Assembly (NCBI GenBank): GCA_963664875.1
Contig: OY761611.1
Span: 448,001-512,000, forward strand
Direction of reading: 5' to 3'
DNA length: 64,000 bases
Source of the DNA: Candidatus Kapaibacterium sp.
GTDB taxonomy: Bacteria > Bacteroidota > Ignavibacteria > Kapaibacteriales > UBA2268
The translations under genes and the position numbers were made by a program. The notes under the pieces were generated by a model. It did no database searches and had not been told where the DNA came from. It saw nothing but the letters and a program-made list of their open reading frames with translations. Positions 58,622 through 64,000 of the stretch are shown here, piece after piece. Positions within the stretch are counted from its first letter, which is position 1; every line of letters starts with the position of its first letter.

Positions 58622-61600
58622 TTAGAAATCGAAAATACTATCACCATTTGCAGACATTAGCTGTTTTCCGCTATCGCTATTATAATCAATCTGATTATCC
58701 TCATAATGTAGGTTACTTGTATCTTCTCTAAGCAGATTCTGTCCTGTATTCATTGCAGAAATTTTAAAGCGCTTCATTAGACTAAATAAATCATTAGTTA
58801 AGCGAGATAATTCCTCTGCCGAGCGAGCAACATTTTCAATCCTAGAAGCAGATTCTGAAGTAACTTTTGATATAGACTGTACATTTTTACTAATTTGTTC
58901 GCTGGTAGCAGACTGTTCTTCACTAGCTGCTGCAATTTGATTTATCATGTCCATCACATCAGTAGTGCTGGATAATATTTCTTCTAAAGATTCACCAGCT
59001 TTGTCTGCGAGATCAATACCTGAATTGACTTCTTCGTTACCTTTATTCATAGCTTTAACTGCTTCGGAAGTTTCTTCTTGAATGCCTTTTATCATACCTG
59101 CGATTTGTTTTGTAGCTTCCGTTGTCCTTTCAGCAAGTTTTCTGACTTCATCAGCCACAACCGCAAAACCTCTTCCCTGTTCTCCTGCTCTCGCTGCCTC
59201 AATAGCTGCATTAAGAGCCAATAAATTAGTTTGATCAGCAATGTCATCAATTACAGATATAATTTCTCCAATTTGTTTACTTGACTCGCCCAGTTTTTCT
59301 ATATTATCTGCTGATTTTTTGACTACATTAGCAATATCACGCATTTTTAATATAGTCTGCTTAACAACTTTACCACCTTCTTTTGCCACATCACCGTTTT
59401 TCTGAGCAACTTCTGCTGTTTTGTTAGCACTCATTGCATTTTCTGTAACTGTTCGGGACATTTGCTCTACTGCTGAAGCAACTTCGTCAGATTGAGCAGA
59501 TTGTTCCTGTGTTGCCGCAGCTAAAGATTCGGAAGTATGAGTAATTTCTTCTGATGAATTAGCAGTTATCTTCACAGTATCCTGAACTTGGAACAGCAAT
59601 GCATTTAGTGATTCTGTTACTTTGTTAATATTATCTTTGAGAGCCTGGTGGTCACCTTTATAATTCCCTGTCATTCTATGAGTAAGATCGCCTGTTGCCA
59701 TCACTCTTAATACTTTCGTAGCTTCTTCTATAGGTTCTACTACTGCCTGTATTAAGTCATTGATGCCTTCTACTAAATCTGCCCATCCACCTTGGAATTT
59801 GTCAACCGAACCTCTTGCTTTCAGGTTGCCCTCTTTTGCAGCTTTTACGAGCTTTTCAATTTCTCTATTAAAATTGATAAGATTCATTCTAAGCTCGTCT
59901 AAAGTGTCTTTAATAAATGCCTTTTTGCCAGGTAATTCAGGACATACTTTATCAAAATTACCTTGTCCGTATTCTTTCGCAATTGACATTGCCATTTTTT
60001 TGACATTTATATGACCTTTGACCATTTCATTTACGCCAACTGCCATATCATAGTAAGCACCTTGATATTTTGAAATATCCATTACAACATCAATCTCTCC
60101 TAAATCATGTTGATTGCTCATATATTTCATATCGGAAATATATTCACTTAGACTAGAAATAAGCTGATTTATATTCTGTTTTATTTCATTAAAATCGCCA
60201 TAATAGGTGTCTGTAATCTGAGGTGGAATGTCACCTTTAGATATTCTATCTACATATTCAGCAGTTACGTTTAGCGGTGCAACCATAGCATCTACTAATT
60301 CATTTACTCCCTGAACTAAGTTACCCCAATCCCCCACAAATTTTCTACTGTCTGCTCTTGTGTCAAGTTGACCATTTTTTGCTGCTTTTATTAGACTATT
60401 TGTTTCATGAAGAAGGCCACTCATTACATCTATAGTACTGTTTAGGTTGTTTTTAATTTCGTTAAAATCACCTTTATACTCATCAACAATTTTCGGCGGG
60501 ATATCACCTTTGGATATTCTATCCACATACTCAGCAGTTACATTCAATGGAGCTACCATAGCATCTACCAATTCGTTAACTCCCTGAACTAAACTTCCCC
60601 AGTCACCAACAAACTTTTGACTTTCTGCTCTAACATCTAATTGTCCGTTTTTGGCAGCTCTTATCAGCATATTTGTATCTTTGAGCAAGCCGGACATTAC
60701 ATCTATAGTACCGTTTAGATTGTTTTTAATTTCGTTGAAGTCGCCTTTGTATTCATCTACTATTTTTGGAGGGATGTCACCTTTTGATATTCTATCCACA
60801 TACTCAGCAGTTACATTCAATGGAGCTACCATAGCATCTACCAATTCGTTAACTCCCTGAACTAAGCTACCCCAGTCACCAACAAACTTTTGACTTTCTG
60901 CTCTAACATCTAATTGTCCGTTTTTAGCAGCTCTTATCAGCATATTTGTTTCTTTTAGCAAACCGGACATTACATCAATTGTTCCATTTAGATTGTTTTT
61001 GATTTCATTGAAATCACCTTTGTATTCATCTACTATTTTTGGAGGGATATCGCCTTTTGAGATTCTATCTACATATTCTGCAGTTACATTTAGTGGAGCA
61101 ATTACAGCGTCTAAAGTTTTGTTAAAACCTTCCATAATTGTAGCGTATTCACCTTTGTAATCTTTCACATTAGCACGTTTATCGAGTTTTCCTTCCACAG
61201 CAGCCTGAGCAGTCTCATTCAATTCTTTTACCATATTTTTAATGCTGTTTGCCATCTGAGCCATTGCTTTTAATAAAGTAGCCACTTCGTCTTTTTGATC
61301 AGTTGACAAATCAATATCTATTTGACCTTTAGCAATGGAATTAGCTGCATCTACAGCTCGAGAGAGAGGTTTTGTAATGCTTCTGATAGTTACAAGAGCA
61401 ACAATAATTCCAAGAAGTGATGCTATAATCCCAATGATATAAACCATATTATTAGCATTTGATTGGGCTTCATGTGCTAAATTTGCAGATTCGATTTGTA
61501 GTTTCTCCTGAAAGGCAATTATTGTATTGATATCTGCCAAGTGTTTTGCCTGAGATTCTCTAACTTTTGTAAACAAAATAGCAGTTGCAATTTTATCAGC

Positions 61601-62011
61601 TTCAACTGTATTTTTTTGAGCATATTCGATAGCTTCATTTCTGTCCTTGACAAATGTAGCCCGATTTTTTTCAAATTCAGCAAGAAGCCTCTTGCCTTCA
61701 TCTGATTTTATAGTGTTATGCAACGAATCTGCATTCATTTGAATGGTGTTAGATGCATTTGAAACGCGAGTAATTTGTTCCTTAATTTTTTCGATATCAT
61801 CGAGCATGACTATATTTCTTATTGATCTTGCTTGCAAATTTACAGCATCAATGATATTGTTAGCATATTTGACTTTTGGCATTCGATCATTCACTAACAA
61901 ATCTAACTCTTTGTTAATCGACCCCATTCCATTGATACTAACCAAAATGATAGCTATAATTGAAACTATCAGTAAAGCAAATCCAAGAGTAAGTTTAACC
62001 GTGATTTTCAT
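58622..62011 (-). CDS. Methyl-accepting chemotaxis protein (4HB sensor, tandem 91-aa HAMP repeats, 40H-like signalling domain); likely start MKITVK
   Basis: Two TM, repeated [18 protein letters not shown], conserved hairpin tip, C-terminal SIFDF. Confidence 0.95.
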   Translation of the reverse strand: MKITVKLTLGFALLIVSIIAIILVSINGMGSINKELDLLVNDRMPKVKYANNIIDAVNLQARSIRNIVMLDDIEKIKEQITRVSNASNTIQMNADSLHNTIKSDEGKRLLAEFEKNRATFVKDRNEAIEYAQKNTVEADKIATAILFTKVRESQAKHLADINTIIAFQEKLQIESANLAHEAQSNANNMVYIIGIIASLLGIIVALVTIRSITKPLSRAVDAANSIAKGQIDIDLSTDQKDEVATLLKAMAQMANSIKNMVKELNETAQAAVEGKLDKRANVKDYKGEYATIMEGFNKTLDAVIAPLNVTAEYVDRISKGDIPPKIVDEYKGDFNEIKNNLNGTIDVMSGLLKETNMLIRAAKNGQLDVRAESQKFVGDWGSLVQGVNELVDAMVAPLNVTAEYVDRISKGDIPPKIVDEYKGDFNEIKNNLNGTIDVMSGLLKDTNMLIRAAKNGQLDVRAESQKFVGDWGSLVQGVNELVDAMVAPLNVTAEYVDRISKGDIPPKIVDEYKGDFNEIKNNLNSTIDVMSGLLHETNSLIKAAKNGQLDTRADSRKFVGDWGNLVQGVNELVDAMVAPLNVTAEYVDRISKGDIPPQITDTYYGDFNEIKQNINQLISSLSEYISDMKYMSNQHDLGEIDVVMDISKYQGAYYDMAVGVNEMVKGHINVKKMAMSIAKEYGQGNFDKVCPELPGKKAFIKDTLDELRMNLINFNREIEKLVKAAKEGNLKARGSVDKFQGGWADLVEGINDLIQAVVEPIEEATKVLRVMATGDLTHRMTGNYKGDHQALKDNINKVTESLNALLFQVQDTVKITANSSEEITHTSESLAAATQEQSAQSDEVASAVEQMSRTVTENAMSANKTAEVAQKNGDVAKEGGKVVKQTILKMRDIANVVKKSADNIEKLGESSKQIGEIISVIDDIADQTNLLALNAAIEAARAGEQGRGFAVVADEVRKLAERTTEATKQIAGMIKGIQEETSEAVKAMNKGNEEVNSGIDLADKAGESLEEILSSTTDVMDMINQIAAASEEQSATSEQISKNVQSISKVTSESASRIENVARSAEELSRLTNDLFSLMKRFKISAMNTGQNLLREDTSNLHYEDNQIDYNSDSGKQLMSANGDSIFDF
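60180..61110 (-). repeat. Intragenic tandem repeat, 273-bp unit, about 3.4 copies
   Basis: gcagttac anchor at 60261, 60534, 60807 and 61080 (exact 273 spacing); middle copies nearly identical. Confidence 0.95.
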
Positions 62012-62123
62012 ATCACACCCCAGTATATATAAAACCATAATTATATGACCGAGTTAAAGTCATCTACTTATTTACACTGAACAGCATAAATAAATAATCG
62101 GTATATTTATAATACGGTGTAGC

Positions 62124-62723
62124 TTACTTAATTATTTTACTGGATATGATATTTTTATATGTGTTTTCTAAAATATATTTGACATTTTCTGTCAGGGGAT
62201 CATCATGGCCGGAATAAACTATTTGAATATCTTTTTCTAAAAGATTTTCGATGACTTTTACATATTCTATTGTGTAAGAGCCACCGGGTGATTTGATATT
62301 TATAGCAGTGTCGCCGGAAAACAGTATTTTTTCATGTGGAAAATAGATGCATGCAGAATCATGCGAATGACCTGGAGTATGAAGGATTTCTGCATAAGTG
62401 TCACCGACTTTGATTTGCATACCATCACGGAGTACGTCAGTAACTCCGCTTATCTTTGAAAATGCATAAACTTTCGGGTTGTAATGTTCAATAATGTATT
62501 TTAAACCTCCTGTATGATCAAAATGTTCGTGTGTTAGGATTACCTGCTCTACTCTTTTTTTTCCAACTCCCGTAGAAATGGTTTGCAATTCGTTTAGAAT
62601 GAAGCCATTAGTACCAACATCTATCAAAGTGTTTACATCAGAGATGGCGTTCCAGTCACCTCTGATTAGATAAACATTACAAGTGTAAGTATTAGGGTCT
62701 TTATGGAATAGAGTTACTTTCAT
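62124..62723 (-). CDS. MBL-fold metallo-hydrolase in chemotaxis operon
   Basis: THEHFDH, HTPGHS, FSGD, SGH. Confidence 0.9.
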   Translation of the reverse strand: MKVTLFHKDPNTYTCNVYLIRGDWNAISDVNTLIDVGTNGFILNELQTISTGVGKKRVEQVILTHEHFDHTGGLKYIIEHYNPKVYAFSKISGVTDVLRDGMQIKVGDTYAEILHTPGHSHDSACIYFPHEKILFSGDTAINIKSPGGSYTIEYVKVIENLLEKDIQIVYSGHDDPLTENVKYILENTYKNIISSKIIK

Positions 62724-63322
62724 TATATTTTTTTGTATAAGTTTGCATCGCTGACTATTTTTTCAAACATACCCTTACATTCTTCAGGTAGAGCTTGCGT
62801 TTGTTCCGATACAAAGAATCCGCCGGGATTTAGTACTTTATGGAACATTTTTATTACTTCAACTCTTTCTTCAGGTTTGAAGTGAAGTAGTACATTTTTG
62901 CATATAATGGCATCAAAATTTTCTTCAATTGGCTTTAATGTAAGTAAATCATGCCAGTAATATATAAGTCTGCTTTTGATATTATGATCAAGCTCATAAT
63001 TACCATCATCTGTTTGAGCAAAGTATTTTTCTAATATTCCTTCTGGCATTCTTGATAAGTCTGATAATGGGTACTTGGCTTGTTTGACAATTTGTTCAAA
63101 ATTCCCGGATTCGTCAATATCCGTTGCTATAATATTTATTTTTTTGAATCCGAAATAGCCCATTTTTTCAGCCATGATTAGAGCAAAAGTATAAGGTTCC
63201 GGTCCCATTGCACATCCGGCATCCCATACTTTAATACTGGATTTTGCTCCAAAATCGTTGATAATATTGTTTGCTAAATGTTCTAAAGTATGTCTGTCTC
63301 TAAAGAAAAAAGTAAAAGCCAT
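62723..63322 (-). CDS. cheR: CheR-type methyltransferase, SAM-binding domain only (likely start MAFTFF)
   Basis: TFFFRD, VWDAGCAMGPEPYT, ATDID, HDLL, CKNVLLHF. Confidence 0.88.
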   Translation of the reverse strand: MAFTFFFRDRHTLEHLANNIINDFGAKSSIKVWDAGCAMGPEPYTFALIMAEKMGYFGFKKINIIATDIDESGNFEQIVKQAKYPLSDLSRMPEGILEKYFAQTDDGNYELDHNIKSRLIYYWHDLLTLKPIEENFDAIICKNVLLHFKPEERVEVIKMFHKVLNPGGFFVSEQTQALPEECKGMFEKIVSDANLYKKI

Positions 63323-63407
63323 TTTTTTGTTTCTCATGAATTTGATAAATCTTAAAACAATATATTCAATTTAAAGGTAATTTACAAGTAACTGGACGAA
63401 TAATATA

Positions 63408-63436
63408 TAAAAAAAGAGAGTACGAATACTCTCTTA
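63408..63436 (-). terminator. Intrinsic terminator after purH
   Basis: aagagagta-cgaa-tactctctt preceded by A-tract (T-tract on minus). Confidence 0.8.
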
Positions 63437-63466
63437 ATAAAATCTTTGTCTTACTAATTCAAAGGC

Positions 63467-64000
63467 TTAGTGTTTAAAATGACGCATACCGGTGAATATC
63501 ATTGCAATATTATTTTCATCGGCAGCTTTGATAACTTCTTCATCTCGAACTGAGCCACCCGGTTGGATAATTGCAGTAACTCCAGCTTTAGCAGCTTCAA
63601 TTAAACCATCTGCAAACGGGAAAAATGCATCAGAAGCCAATACACTGTTCTCTAAGTTCAAGTTCATTAGTTTTGCCTTTTCTACTGCAATTCTGGATGA
63701 ATCAACTCTTGACATTTGACCTGCACCAATACCTAATGTTCTGTCATGAGAAGCATAAACAATTGCATTAGATTTGACATGTTTACAAACTTTCCAAGCA
63801 AACTGCAATCCTTGCATTTCTGATTCTGTAGGTTGTCGCTTTGTAACAACTTTGTAGCCTTCGTCAGAGAGCAAAAGTTTGTCAGTTTCCTGCATTAAAA
63901 CGCCTCCTACGACACTCTTATATTCAAAAGCCAAATTGTCTTTGATGATGTCAAATTCTACTTTAATAAGTCGTCTGTCGCGTTTCTTAGTAAGTATTTC
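63467..64000 (-). CDS. purH: AICAR transformylase/IMP cyclohydrolase, 3' part (starts beyond window)
   Basis: [40 protein letters not shown]. Confidence 0.97.
   Translation of the reverse strand, partial: EILTKKRDRRLIKVEFDIIKDNLAFEYKSVVGGVLMQETDKLLLSDEGYKVVTKRQPTESEMQGLQFAWKVCKHVKSNAIVYASHDRTLGIGAGQMSRVDSSRIAVEKAKLMNLNLENSVLASDAFFPFADGLIEAAKAGVTAIIQPGGSVRDEEVIKAADENNIAMIFTGMRHFKH

Noticed and set aside
60180-61110. Regular repeats as a possible CRISPR array or mobile element
   Set aside because: In-frame 273-bp coding repeats with no unique spacers and no cas or transposase genes

Overview
AT-rich bacterial chromosomal window, most consistent with a Bacteroidota/Chlorobi-group organism (Kapabacteria/Ignavibacteria-like). 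Evidence: recurrent TAnnTTTG promoter elements, a type IX secretion C-terminal domain, HmuY proteins, and retained Shine-Dalgarno sites. It holds about 50 CDS. Housekeeping genes are ppx, prmA, kdsC, pyrC, rnhB, folE, purL, meaB, rdgB, dtd, menA, menG/ubiE, uvrC and partial purH. There is also a TetR-TolC-MFP-RND efflux operon, a ClC transporter, a feoA-feoB-DtxR/MntR operon with candidate operators, a divergent MetH, and a ~16 kb chemosensory region (three poly-HAMP chemoreceptors, CheW, a short CheR, an MBL-fold protein, and a receiver-kinase hybrid lacking its phospho-His). I saw no tRNA, rRNA, CRISPR array or mobile element. The top candidate for an undescribed system is a His-rich, two-hydrophobic-segment leader ORF ending in the RAPP ribosome-arrest motif, directly upstream of a T9SS-secreted HmuY / TonB heme receptor / lipoprotein HmuY operon. 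This suggests nascent-peptide metal or heme sensing. Other notable items: a possibly complete tetrahydrobiopterin-type pathway (FolE, PTPS-II, sepiapterin-reductase-like SDR), chemoreceptor domain shuffling around a shared 273-bp repeat, a frameshifted regulator-like gene, and a 59-aa ORF missed by the ORF track. All family assignments come from motif recognition by eye, not database searches.
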